A DNA stretch of 63,102 nt, the filler included, from Octopus bimaculoides (taxonomy: Eukaryota), in the NCBI RefSeq assembly GCF_001194135.2. It is 7 parts of 5 records of this genome, joined end to end, with 100 filler letters (N's around TTAATTAATTAA, not from the genome) between each part and the next. Parts side by side here need not be neighbours in the genome. Positions count along the whole stretch, not along the records: positions 20,286 to 35,116 come from NC_068981.1; 6 more parts are not named here. One strand, given 5' to 3'. Made by a program: the position numbers and the translations under genes. Positions within the stretch are counted from its first letter, which is position 1. Each line of letters begins with the position of its first letter. Positions 22,335 through 35,116 of this stretch are shown in pieces. A model generated the notes under the pieces. That model was not told the DNA's origin. It did no database searches and saw only the letters and a list, made by a program, of their open reading frames with translations.

Positions 22335-25270
22335 ATTCTTCCCTGTTTTCAGCTAGAAAATCGTTACAGGCTTGACCTTCCGAAAGTCTCAGAGTGGACC
22401 TGGATGAGTGGCGACGAAAGTTTCAATTCTTACGTAGATAGGATAGTGATAAGAACTAGAGATAAGTCTAGTTTTAGCTGTCCACAGCTTGTCCAGGTAG
22501 CTTATACTGACCATAGAATAGTTAAGTGTAGACTGGACATAGATAGTACAGTTAAGAGAGGATCCTGCTACTGGAAGCTGAACAAGTCTATTTTGACTTG
22601 CGAGGTATACCGTAGCCTGATTAAGGAATTAGTAGTACAGAGGGCGTGAACAGGTGCCGTGGTTAATAACCGATGGTGGTTCGCCCTCAAAAGATCCATT
22701 CGTTTTGAGTCTATTAGGTTTAGCTATCAGCTAAGACTAGATAAGGCCAAAATAGAAGGGCAACTAGTTAAGGATCTAGAAGAGGTATTGAGGTTGGGCT
22801 CTGCATCCCACATCTTGGCAGCGAGAACGGCCTTGGACCGTCACCTCAAAGCCAAACACGAGAGGTGCAGCGTTCGGGCTAAAGTGCGCGCATTAAGCCG
22901 CGAGGAATTTAATGTTGTCGGATGGGCCCGTACGGTAGAAACCCAGCGTGGCAATGATGCCACAATTAGGTCTCTGGTTGATGGCAATGGGGGATCGGTC
23001 GAGGAACAGGACGAGATGTGTGAGGCACTTTACAAGCACTTCGCCGAGTTGTTCGGGAGGAGCAGGATGCTGGATCATGGTGAGGCCCTTAAGGATTTCC
23101 TGTCTGGCGGCCCGCGTCTGTCGGCGCGAGAGACTGAGTGCTGTGAAGGGCCAATCACAGCCGAGGAGGTGATAGAGGTGCTAGGCGGGTGCTCCGGGGA
23201 GAAGTCACCGGGTCTCTATGGTCTACCCTATGAATTTTATAAAAGTGTGCCAGACTTGTTCGGGCACCTGCTGACCAGCGTCTATGCCAACTGGCAGCAG
23301 AATGGGAGAATTCCCAAGTCTGCGAGCCGGGGGTGGTAACGTTGTTCAGAAAGGATCCGAGCCAGAGGGACGAAATAGGAAACTTCAGGCCCATAACTCT
23401 GCTGAACACAGAGTTAAAGATTTTGGCCAAGGTGCTAGCGAAAAGGTTGGCACGAGTCATGGACAGACTTGTGGAGGAAGCGCAAACATGTGCTATCCCG
23501 GGCAGGACGATCCACGACAATTTCCACCTTATATGCTACTCCTTAGAAAGGGTGGGGAAGCTTTCTGGCGCAGGAGGGGCATTGGTACATTTAGACCAGT
23601 CTAAGGCATTTGATAGGGTCGACCATCGGTACTTGGTGACGGTCCTAGAGAAGGCTGGCCTGGGCCAAACCTTCTGCGGTTGGATTGCTGCGTTGTACAG
23701 CGACATCGAGTCTGTCGTGAAAGTGAATTGTTTCGTTTCGAAACCATTCAAGATCGAACGCTCAGTGCGTCAGGGGTGTCCCCTGTCCCCGTCTTTGTAT
23801 GTGTTGGCTCTCGAGCCATTGCTCGAGGACCAGCTTCCAGTGGTGGAAGAGGCTATCAAAATCTACGAGGCGGTGGCAAGAGCAAAGGTTAACAAGGACA
23901 AGTCGGTCGGTTTGCAACTCGGCACCTGGAAGGGCAAGCCGATGCCGTCCAATAACGTCATGGGGCGTTGGACGGAAGGTCCTGTTAAGCTGCTTGGAGT
24001 CTTGTTTGGACTAGGCCTCCAAATAGAGAAGAATTGGAGCGAGGTTATCAGCAAGGTGACTGCTCTAACCCAGACCTGGTCTGGGCGGGCGTTATCCTTG
24101 CTAGGAAAGGCGGAGGTGGTGCAGATGTTTATAGCATCGGTTATTACCTATTGTCTGACCGTGGTGCCTTGCTCCGATTTGTGGATGAACAAGTTGGAGA
24201 GAATCCTTTTCCGCGTTTTGTGGAAGGGAGGAAAGCCACTTGTGAAGCGCTCTGTCTGCTGCCAGAAACCTCAAAAGTGTGGGCTAAAGATGCCTTGGCT
24301 GAGGATGTGAAAACTCGCGTTAAGGTTGAGGCACCTCTGGTTTTACCTTGATGGAGAGGTGTGGTCACCGCACGTCCGGTTCTATCTTTCACAGTTAACG
24401 TCGTTAACAGACATTGGTACATGGATCAAGCAGAGACTTAGGCTGGAGGACTGGTATTTGGAGTGCCGTCAGACGCTCCAGCTACTCTCTCGGGCAATGC
24501 CGGTAGCAGGAGTTCCACCGCGGATTTCTATAGCGGGTTAGTGGAATCTATGTCAGAAGACGCCTTGGATGAGACCCTGGTCTACAATGAAAATCAGTCG
24601 GTCAACCTGTTCAGGAGAACGTTCGGGCCAGGGTATCTGGATAATTACCAGAAATCCCTGGCTTGGCAGGGATTTCAAGACAAGTTATCAAGGCACAGAA
24701 GTGCCGTCTCGCTGATATACCCGAGATGTGGACGGGATAGGGAAACCGTCTTGCACGCATTCGTGGAGTGTCAGGAGTTATCGGGACTGATAGCTTTTGT
24801 CGAACAGCTGTTGTCAGTGATGGGAAGAATACAGCTATCAGCTGAGTCGATCATCGAGATCGTGCCGCCTCCTTCTCTTAACAGGGAAAGGAAGGCTTGC
24901 TTTTTCTGCGTAGTAGCTATACTAAAAGAAACAGTATGGAAGACGTTTGTGAAAGGTATAGTGACAGGTACCTTTGTATCCGGGCAGGGACTGGTTAACT
25001 GTTTTAGTCACCACCTCAACAGTAAGATCAGGCTGGAGAAGAGGTACCTGTCACGAGATAGATTCGTGAAAAGACGGATGCCTGTGACAAGAAAGCTGAG
25101 AGAGATGGGAACCAGGTAGGTGGAAGTCCGGAGAGAAAGAGGAAAAAGAGAGCAAGGGTTCTACCCTGGTGGTCGGATGCCTCTCCTTCAGAGAAGACAC
25201 CGGAAAATTGTAATTGATAAAGTGTTAAAATTTTTAATTGTAAATATTATATAACAAATTTTTAATCGAT
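22335..25270 (+). mobile_element. 5'-truncated L1/Tx1-clade LINE ORF2 pseudogene (APE end, RT, C-terminal zinc knuckle, 3' UTR)
   Basis: TDHRIV and YWKLNKSIL (APE end); KSPGLYGLPYEFY; NFRPITLLNTELKILAKVL; LDQSKAFDRVDH; VRQGCPLSPSLY; YPRCGRDRETVLHAFVEC. Has frameshifts and stops, and the YADD segment is deleted. Confidence 0.93.
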
Positions 25271-26288
25271 GGTAGGAGTTACTACACCATTTTATGTTTG
25301 TCTGTCTTATTTGTTCCCTCTGATGAACGAAGTCTAGATTCATTCTCGTAATCGCGAAATCGGTCGATACACAATTAAGTCTATTTTAAAAGAAAGTTGG
25401 TCATCTTCTGTTGGTTGTTTTTTCCTCGCATAGGTACTAAATGTGATTATTTTGAGAAGTCCACTGTGTGGCGTTATTATTTCTATAATAATGCCCTTTA
25501 TATAAATATAAACGAATAATTATATTCTTGGGAATAGAAATTTCCCTAATGAATTTTTTTACATACTGGCTTCTTGATAAAATTCTTGTAAAAGAGTTTT
25601 ATCCTTTTTTGAATTTATTTATCAAATATATACACGGAATACATTCAATTTTAACTTTTTTATTCCTGTCTTCACATGGGTNNNNNNNNNNNNNNNNNNN
25701 NNNNNNNNNNNNNNNNNNNNNNNNNNNNNNNNNNNNNNNNNNNNNNNNNNNNNNNNNNNNNNNNNNNNNNNNNNNNNNNNNNNNNNNNNNNNNNNNNNNN
25801 NNNNNNNNNNNNNNNNNNNNNNNNNNNNNNNNNNNNNNNNNNNNNNNNNNNNNNNNNNNNNNNNNNNNNNNNNNNNNNNNNNNNNNNNNNNNNNNNNNNN
25901 NNNNNNNNNNNNNNNNNNNNNNNNNNNNNNNNNNNNNNNNNNNNNNNNNNNNNNNNNNNNNNNNNNNNNNNNNNNNNNNNNNNNNNNNNNNNNNNNNNNN
26001 NNNNNNNNNNNNNNNNNNNNNNNNNNNNNNNNNNNNNNNNNNNNNNNNNNNNNNNNNNNNNNNNNNNNNNNNNNNNNNNNNNNNNNNNNNNNNNNNNNNN
26101 NNNNNNNNNNNNNNNNNNNNNNNNNNNNNNNNNNNNNNNNNNNNNNNNNNNNNNNNNNNNNNNNNNNNNNNNNNNNNNNNNNNNNNNNNNNNNNNNNNNN
26201 NNNNNNNNNNNNNNNNNNNNNNNNNNNNNNNNNNNNNNATATACATATATACATATATATACACACATATACACACACATACACACAT

Positions 26289-26331
<43 letters not shown>

Positions 26332-27134
26332 TACAAATTCACAAATACACTCATACATGAATATATATAAAAAGTTGCATAAATATATCTGTGCACAAAA
26401 ATATACATGCATCCAATCAAGCATATATACTTTATAAATAATAACAATAAAAATAAAAATAAAAATAAAAATAAAAATAAAAATCCAAATACATATCTAT
26501 ACACAAAAATCTATACAAACACATCTAGTTTCATACAAAAACATGAATATATACACACACACACCCACAGATAAACATGTATATATTAACACTTATACAC
26601 GTACAATCATACACACATATATATTTTTATGTATTTGTTGTTACATTTATTTATAAAGAGACTCATACGCAATTTAATACACTCCCTAGTACGTATGAAT
26701 TTACTGTCGATGTGTGGTAATTATTAATAAAATAGAGGGATATTTATCTGAAGGTAATTCATATATTAGTGAATGAGATGTTAAATGAATGAAAATTAAT
26801 TAATGAATTAAAGAATAATAAAGTTAATGGATTGTCTATTAATCTACATGAAATGATTACTTTATTATTATATGTAAGAAAAGTTGGGCTGAATTAGGAG
26901 TTGAAAGAGTAAATCTTGCTTAAGAAGACAAAGTTAATATTATAAATAAGGTTTACTATAGTAATTCCGTAACATAATTGTTATTGTAAAAGTTTTATCG
27001 AGATTTGAAAATCACAATATATTATGCTGATCAGNNNNNNNNNNNNNNNNNNNNNNNNNNNNNNNNNNNNNNNNNNNNNNNNNNNNNNNNNNNNNNNNNN
27101 NNNNNNNNNNNNNNNNNNNNNNNNNNNNNNNNNN

Positions 27135-27665
27135 TATATATATATATGTATCTATATATATAAATATATATATGTATTTATATATATATATAGATATACA
27201 TACATATATTTATATATATAAATATATATATACATAAATATATATATATACATGTATTTGTATATATATACATATAAAGATATAAATATATAAATACATA
27301 TATATATGTATTTATATATACATAAATATATATATACATGTATTTGTATATATATACATATAAAGATATAAATATATAAATACATATATATATGTATTTA
27401 TATATATATAAATATTTATATATATTATGTATTTATATATATATATAGATTTATATATATATAATGTATTAATATATATATATATACATGTCAATATATA
27501 TATATATGTATTTATATATATGTCAATATATATATGTATTTATATATAGAAATATATGTATATGTACATGTATTTATATATATATAAATATATAAATATA
27601 TATATAATTTTTGTTTAATCATGCATATTTATATACGTGACTGTATATATATATATTTACGTTTT

Positions 27666-27735
<70 letters not shown>
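27135..27735. repeat. AT-rich (TA)n-derived tract containing an ~88-bp higher-order duplication
   Basis: catgtatttgtatatatatacatataaagatataaatatataaatac occurs twice (near 27250 and 27338). Confidence 0.85.
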
Positions 27736-27737
<2 letters not shown>

Positions 27738-27888
27738 CACACATACACGCACAAATATATATATATACACGCAACATAAAACCACAACATCCTGATATCC
27801 TTTAGAAATAAAGTCAATTAAATGGAGAATGCAACATATATATTACTATTAGCATGGACAGTAGTAGTAGTAGTAGATGTAGTAGTAA

Positions 27889-27920
<32 letters not shown>

Positions 27921-29399
27921 AGGATATCGGGAGAGATAGTATTGGTAACAGAAGTGATAGTATCAGTAGCGACGTAATCCAGGTGGTGGCGTTTAACCAT
28001 AACAGTAGGTCCCAAGGTAACCTTCTGGTGCACTTCATGTGATTAAATGGTATAGCTAACTATTATTTGTTGTGAACATATAAAGGAAAACAACATCAGC
28101 CACTATTACTATTGTATATCATGAAGAATAAAAAGCAACTACAACAACGGCTATGTCGTCCATTAAAGTGATGAAGATAAGAAGAGTGAGCAAACGTGAG
28201 TTAGGAAGTTAAGTAGGAGGACTATTTTGCAAATATAAAGTTAGAGGGCACACACACTCACATACACTCACATACACGCACACACACATACACAAACATA
28301 CACACACATACACACACACACATTCATGCGTCGCTAATAACTTTGTCAGAGTTATATATGAAACTTCACTGAGAAGGTATAATGAAAATGAAATATATCC
28401 AGGAATGTTTCCATGCTACCCAGATCATTACATTGCCTACATTCAGTTTTTAAATATTTTTGATTGTTACAAATTTCAGGATTGTATGGTTTACCTTTTT
28501 CCATTAGAGGTAATAGTTCATCTAATGATTATTTCTCCTCACCAGAGGTGTAATCGCAGGTCTTGCAATTTGGTTTTCATGCAAAGAGTGTCCCAACGTA
28601 TTTTTCATAGCCTTTATACATGTAACAATTTCTCATTTCTCCTCTTGTCAAAATCTGGCGCATGCATTTAGTGAACAGAAAAAAATAATGTAAACAATAA
28701 GTATTGAATTCATGAAAAAACCGACAAGCTTCAGTTCTTAGCTTTGGTTTCATGGCATTACATGAAATTTCGTCACAAATATTACAAAGTGAACAACATA
28801 AAAAAATGGTGGAAGTCAACTCATAACCGAGTAAGACCACTTCCTAAATTCAGTATGTTACGAGAGTTCAAAAACTTCGTATAAGTGAATTTGTTTTGAA
28901 TGGATAAAGTGTTGCACAGAACTGAATCCACTTTTCAGAGGCACAACAGAAGTTGAGACGGCCAGAAACCAACTGCACTTCAGGTTTCTTTTTTTTTTTA
29001 TATAGGAGTTTACTTTCTAGAAAGAAGTTTTAATGAGAACTTCAATGCTAGTTAATCCATAACTGGTACCCTAACAGGTACTACTATTCCGGACCAGAAT
29101 AGGCCTGGGAGCAATACTGGCTAAGAGGTGGTTCCACACTTCTCAAAACCTTGGAACTCTCATCAGGGCCCCACTACCGGATGCAGTTTAAAATCATACT
29201 CAGGACATTGACAAATACAGGTATATTAAATACCATACAACATAAATTTATGATACATCCTCTAGAGGTGGAAATTTTATAGCTCAAGAATAGGCAAAAT
29301 TGTTAAACCTGCCTAATATTTAAATTTATGTCAGTTTATTTTTCTGATTCACAATCTATACTGTAACAATCCTTACTATCTAGCCAGGAATAGTTATAC

Positions 29400-30150
29400 T
29401 ATTGTAGATGAAGCATATACCAGAGACGAACGACCCACAGAACTCAAGGGATTTCCTCTCAAAAGAAAAAAATATCCATCCCTACAAACTCTACAAGGAA
29501 CGAAATAAATACACATAGAACAACTTACAGTATTCCAAGAAAGAGGAACTCAAGATCAAAATGTACTATCTTTTGTAGTGACACAGTCCATGTCATCAAA
29601 ATATTTTGAAACGTCACCAAATCAAACTTGCCAATCATCAGACAAAGTAAAGAACTAAAAGATTTAAATACTAATCGAATATTTGTTCAAAGTAAAAGAT
29701 AACCGAAAAACTTGAATTGAAGTAATTTGTTGATAAAAGCAAGGTTTGATCTAAACAACATTGATAAAACCTTCGTGGTATCCAAATATGATGACAATTG
29801 GTGTGGTACAAGTCACTTCATATATATACCACTCAGTACATGAACAGAAAAACCAAACGAAGAATAATTCCATATACAAATACAGAATGTAAAATCAGAA
29901 ATCTAATCTTCTACATATAAAGTGCCTGAATTGTGAAGAAATATATATTGGTCAGTCAGAAATACACACAAGTACACCAGCAACAAATTAGGGCCCCTAA
30001 TATCCGTCACATCCCTTAAAGCAATCATTTAGAAACATGCAATAATAAAATATTTTTAATATTTTCATTTTACAAACTTTATGACTCAAGTGAAGTAAGA
30101 ACATAAAAGAAAAGAGTTTTATTGAGAAGTTCAAACTTGTTCTGAATAGA
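29400..30150 (+). mobile_element. Decayed Penelope-like element, GIY-YIG endonuclease end
   Basis: LLIKARF, then CKIRNLIFY / IKCLNCEEIYIGQSE, VHQQQIRAPNIRHIP*SNHLETC and EKSFIEKFKLVLN, with frameshifts. Confidence 0.75.
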
Positions 30151-30243
30151 CAAGTTTGAACACGTAGAAGTACTAACAATATCCATTCTTACTTGTAGAA
30201 TGGTCTACAAATAACAAAACAAATACATATAGAACTGTATAAT

Positions 30244-30605
30244 AAGGTGCGGGCGTGGTTTTGTGGTAATGCGCGGGCGTGGCTGTATGGTAAGAAGTTG
30301 CTTCCCAACCACATAATTCCAGGTTCAGTCCCACTGCGTGGTGCCTTGAGCAAGTGTCTTCTGCTATAGCCTCGGGCCGACCAAAGCCTTGTGAGTGGAT
30401 TTGGTAGACGGAAACTGAAAGAAGCCCATCGTGTGTGTATGTGTGTGTGTGCATGCATGTATATATCCATGTGTATGTGTGTCTTTGTGTCTGTTTGTCA
30501 CTCCATCACCGATTGACAACCGGTGTTGGTGAGTTTACGTCCCCGTAACATAGCGGTTCGGCAAAAGAAACTGATAGAATAAGTACTAGGCTTAAAAAGT
30601 AATTC
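30244..30605 (+). mobile_element. SINE family C with a duplicated 5' end
   Basis: gcgggcgtggttttgtggtaa is immediately followed by gcgcgggcgtggctgtatggtaag and the full body. Confidence 0.9.
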
Positions 30606-31036
30606 CTGCGAGCTATTTGTCTATCGGTTATAATATACCCCCCCCCCTTTCTCAGAGCAGCCAGTGTTACAGGAAATGAGAAACAAACCAACAAAAAGAG
30701 AAGCTTGATATAGGATTTAAATTCTTGTGTTCCTCTTATATAAAACGCTCAATCAATTCCATAGAGCACACTAGTAAACGTATTTGATGAGCAATTAAGT
30801 CTAACTATCGCATGAGGCCAGTAACACTTGAGGGTTGGGAAAGTCGATTACATCGATCTCAATGCTCAACTGGTATTTATCTTATCGACCCAAAAGGGTC
30901 TGAGGCATTAACGATTTTGTTATCTCGCCGTATTTTCTATTTGGTAATAAAATGATAATTGTATACATAAATAGGTATATACGCAGGTGTGTGTCTATAT
31001 ATCTACATGTATATGTGCGTATATGTATGTACGTAC

Positions 31037-31069
<33 letters not shown>

Positions 31070-31284
31070 AGCAATAATAAATCTCTGAACGAAGTATAAA
31101 CAGTAGCTGCACGACATCGTGAAGTATATTTGCCACTTAAATGTGACTAACCCTTAAGGGTGGATGCTACTGTAGTTTGTAGCCCCAGGAAGACACCTCC
31201 TCCAGCTGCCTATTGACACACTTTCTGTGCCCTATTCGTATTTGCAAAGGAAGCCATCTTTCCCATCTTCAACCTGACGTGATA

Positions 31285-31329
31285 CACAAGGACCCGAGTT
31301 TCTGTTTATTGACCCCTCATCAGCGTGTG
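31285..31329 (-). ncRNA. Minimal type I hammerhead ribozyme motif (degenerate copy)
   Basis: cacacg CTGATGA ggggtcaataaaca GAAA ctcggg TC cttgtg. Core is intact; stems I and II have mismatches. Confidence 0.6.
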
Positions 31330-31622
31330 GCAATTGCCGATTTCTCTTTATTATAGGCACAAGGCCTGAACACAGACATTCGGGAACAAAAATAAAACAC
31401 ATGGAAGAATGAATATACAGTGAATTAAATTACAATGAATATGAGATGGGTTTTCTCGGTCCCGCTCCCAAACGAAACCATTTCTTTTTTACAATTAAAC
31501 ATTCTTACAGTTTTTTCTTTTTTCTTTTTTGGATCGTTCTTTTTCTTTTTCTTCTAAACTTTTTAACAGTCTATTTTTCTCTTTTTTCTTTTTTATCAAA
31601 CATAAATTTTACTCACTTACTT

Positions 31623-32111
31623 TTAAATGTTCATAAAGGGTTTCAAATCTTCTAATTCCACGACCGGTGGGAGCTCGTGAATCTTGACTTCAACCCCCAG
31701 CTGGTCCATGTAACTTCCAAACATCTCTCTCAATTTCTCAAATCTCTCTCTATCTATGACTATTCCTTTAGTGTTTTCCGGGTATTTTCCCGGCGGCAGC
31801 TTTACTCTTATTACCGATTTATATTTTACAATCGTTTTCCCTATTTCTGTACTTTTGATATACGTGACCAAATGTCACTTATATCTCTTCCTTTTCACTT
31901 CTGCTTGCTTCGGGTCCCGTCCTGATCTGTTCAGGCGTGCAGAAACATCACAACCAATATTATAAACGCTTCCTCTTTCTACCTGTTGTAATGCTGTTTT
32001 TTTCTGTGTGCCTTCTTTCACTACTGCTTCTGTTGGTGTTTCGCACCTATTTCTCTTTTCTTCCGTCACAATCCCTTTTAGCCATTTTTTACTGTCTGAG
32101 GGAGAGTTCAA
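31623..32111 (-). pseudogene. Interrupted basic ORF, possibly retroelement ORF1/gag-like
   Basis: Two in-frame ORFs separated by one stop. VKIHELPPVVELEDLKPFM loosely resembles an L1/Tx1 ORF1 RRM start. The assignment is tentative. Confidence 0.4.
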
Positions 32112-32428
32112 CCGTTCCTTTCTTTTCCTCGTGTTTATTACTGTGTTTCATAAAAAAGAAAAAAAGAGAAAAATAGACTGTTAAAAAGTTTAAAGGAAAA
32201 AGAAAAAGAACGATCCATAAAGAAAAAAGAAAATATTGTAAGAATGTTTAATAGTAAAAAAGAAATCACGGTTTCGTCTGGGAGCGGGACGAGAAAGATG
32301 TCTCATGTTCATTGTAATTTAATTCATTGTATATTCATTTCTTCATGTGTTTTTTGTTCCCGAATGTCTATGTATATCCTCTCTGTGTTCAGGCCTTGTG
32401 CCTATAATAAAGAGAAACCGGCAAATGC

Positions 32429-32473
32429 CACACGCTGATGAGGGGTCAATACACAGAAACTCGGGTCCGTGTG
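32429..32473 (+). ncRNA. Minimal type I hammerhead ribozyme motif
   Basis: Perfect stem I cacacg/cgtgtg, CTGATGA, GAAA, near-palindromic stem III ACTCGGGT and a GTC cleavage triplet. Stem II is eroded (ggg/cac). Confidence 0.7.
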
Positions 32474-32639
32474 TAACACGTCAGGTTGAAGATGGGAAGG
32501 ATGGTTTCCCTTTGCAAATACTGATAGGGCACAGAAAGTGTGTCAATAGCCAGCTGGAAGAGGTGTCTTCCTGGGGCTACAAGCTACAGTAGCATCCATT
32601 CTTATGGGTTAGCCACATCTAAGTGGCAAATATACTTCA

Positions 32640-32689
<50 letters not shown>

Positions 32690-32960
32690 AATGAAAGATG
32701 GAAGATGGAATATACGAGAATTTATTAATCACGACAATTGTTTCAATACATCTGGTATCGATCCCTTATGGATGGGACACTCAACAACTGGTTCAGGGGC
32801 ATCTGGCGGTGCAGATGTATCTCGGCGGATGATAAACAGATACAACTCGTTAAAATAACAGTTCCGCAATTTAACTTCTCGTTTTGTAGAAAGAAAAGTA
32901 GCCAGACGGAGGAAATATCTTCATTTATATAGATCAAAAATAAAATCACAGTGGAAGAAA
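32690..32960 (-). mobile_element. Solo 3' end (pLTR remnant) of the PLE family at 52385-55870
   Basis: Co-linear with 52385-52660 (ggaagatggaatatacgagaattt; tggttcaggggcatctgg; ttaaaataacagttcc). Confidence 0.75.
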
Positions 32961-35049
32961 AAAAAGAGAAACAAACACGCAATGTAAATGGGGTTTAAAA
33001 TTTACGTCAGGTATTCCGGTAGAATTTTGTTGAGGTATTTATAGACTACATCATAGCATATAATCTACCATCTTTAGATGAAATTTTAAACAGGTACGAA
33101 TCTAACCAGCTTATTCAAAAATGTTGGGTTGTGTCATCATGATCGATGTATTATATCGCTTGTTTGATATCCTTCCTGTTTAAAATTCTTCCCGAAGGTA
33201 GTGGATTATATGTTATGATGTGATTTAATGAAAACATCAATAAAATCGTAACGAAACAGTCGTAAATTTTATACTCTATTTGTGTCCTGTTTATATATAT
33301 GATGTATGAGTGTTTGAAGGAGAGGATTTAATTTTTTTTATAATGGGAGAGAGAAAACAGCTGTTAAAAATAAAAGAAGAAAAGAAACTGCATCCACTTG
33401 CGATGAATGAGTGAATGCAATTTATAGTCTCTCGCTCCATCCCTCACTCTGCCTCTTTCTCACCCTCTCTCCCTCTGTGTGCATCTCTCTCACAAACACA
33501 CACACACGCATAAAATAATTAAGTTGGATGGACGCAATTTAAAAGCAAAAGGGAAATAATTCACCGTTATTAAAACGTAACGAAGGGTGCAGCGAGCACC
33601 AACATTGCTAAAAATACGAGTCAAAGACTCTAGCCNNNNNNNNNNNNNNNNNNNNNNNNNNNNNNNNNNNNNNNNNNNNNNNNNNNNNNNNNNNNNNNNN
33701 NNNNNNNNNNNNNNNNNNNNNNNNNNNNNNNNNNNNNNNNNNNNNNNNNNNNNNNNNNNNNNNNNNNNNNNNNNNNNNNNNNNNNNNNNNNNNNNNNNNN
33801 NNNNNNNNNNNNNNNNNNNNNNNNNNNNNNNNNNNNNNNNNNNNNNNNNNNNNNNNNNNNNNNNNNNNNNNNNNNNNNNNNNNNNNNNNNNNNNNNNNNN
33901 NNNNNNNNNNNNNNNNNNNNNNNNNNNNNNNNNNNNNNNNNNNNNNNNNNNNNNNNNNNNNNNNNNNNNNNNNNNNNNNNNNNNNNNNNNNNNNNNNNNN
34001 ATATATATATATATATAATATATGAAAAATTTCGTTATAGGTATAAATATGCCATAAGCAAGTATAATAAATGGAGGAAAAAAGATGTTGAATCAAAAAT
34101 TAGTTTTAATACATACTGGATTCAATACATACGCGCGTTTTGAATGCAATACAAATATGTAGATAAAACATTGTAATCATAGTAATTATAATTAAATTTA
34201 AGCATTGTCATTCTCATCAGTGTGAGGAATTTTTGGAAAAATATCAAAAAAGGTTTAATAAATTAAAATAAAATAAAGTACAGTAAGGGAGAATACAGAG
34301 AAATATCGGATATTAACAAACAAGTTGTAAAAGGGTAAAATAATTGTAATAATAATAGTGAGAGAGACGAAAAAGAAAAAGAATTACATATCAATGTGTA
34401 TGCAAGTCTATATTGCAGTACACTATAACAAAAAAATAAAAATCTGACAGATATGCTTAAAGAAATAATAACATATCGAGACGAAGTGTAATGTAAACCA
34501 GGCCACGTGTGTATACTAGAAAATAATGCAACAGGTACACTAGCAGAAAAACGCTATAGAGAGTTGTACGTATACATATTAATATTGAAAAAATATATAC
34601 ATTTCAAGAGGCAAGGCTGTTTGAAAAAGATACAATATTTAAGTAAAAATGTACATACAAAGCAGAGAAAAAAAACAAAAAGAACTTAACAAAGAAAAAG
34701 TAACGATTACAGGCAGGACAGGTCGGTGTATACAAGAGAGTTACCTTACTCAAAATTTAGCCCGGGGTAAGGGAGATAATAAAAAAGAATAGGAAAAAAC
34801 GAATATATGAAGGAGAAAAATATAAATTAACAAGTGATAGAAAAACCGTATGTACTTAACACATAAGTATATAGTCATATATATACATACATACACACAT
34901 ACGCATACACACACACACGTGCATACACTAACACATACTCATACACACACATACACATACAAGGGTGCAAGTGTGAGGGAAGATACAAACAAGTAAAATA
35001 AAATAATAAAGGAGCACGATTCACATAAGACGTATATATGTATATATAC

Positions 35050-35116
<67 letters not shown>

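Larger units (their letters stand above)
31116..32643. mobile_element. 1.5-kb element with ~490-bp inverted arms (31116-31602, 32144-32643), an HHR in each arm and a central ORF1/gag-like remnant
   Basis: The arms align as reverse complements over their whole length, and the 541-bp centre is unique within the window. Confidence 0.8.

Noticed and set aside
25315-25375. CTGATGA...GAAA hammerhead-like spacing after the Tx1 3' UTR
   Set aside because: No stem I partner and a poor stem II closure.
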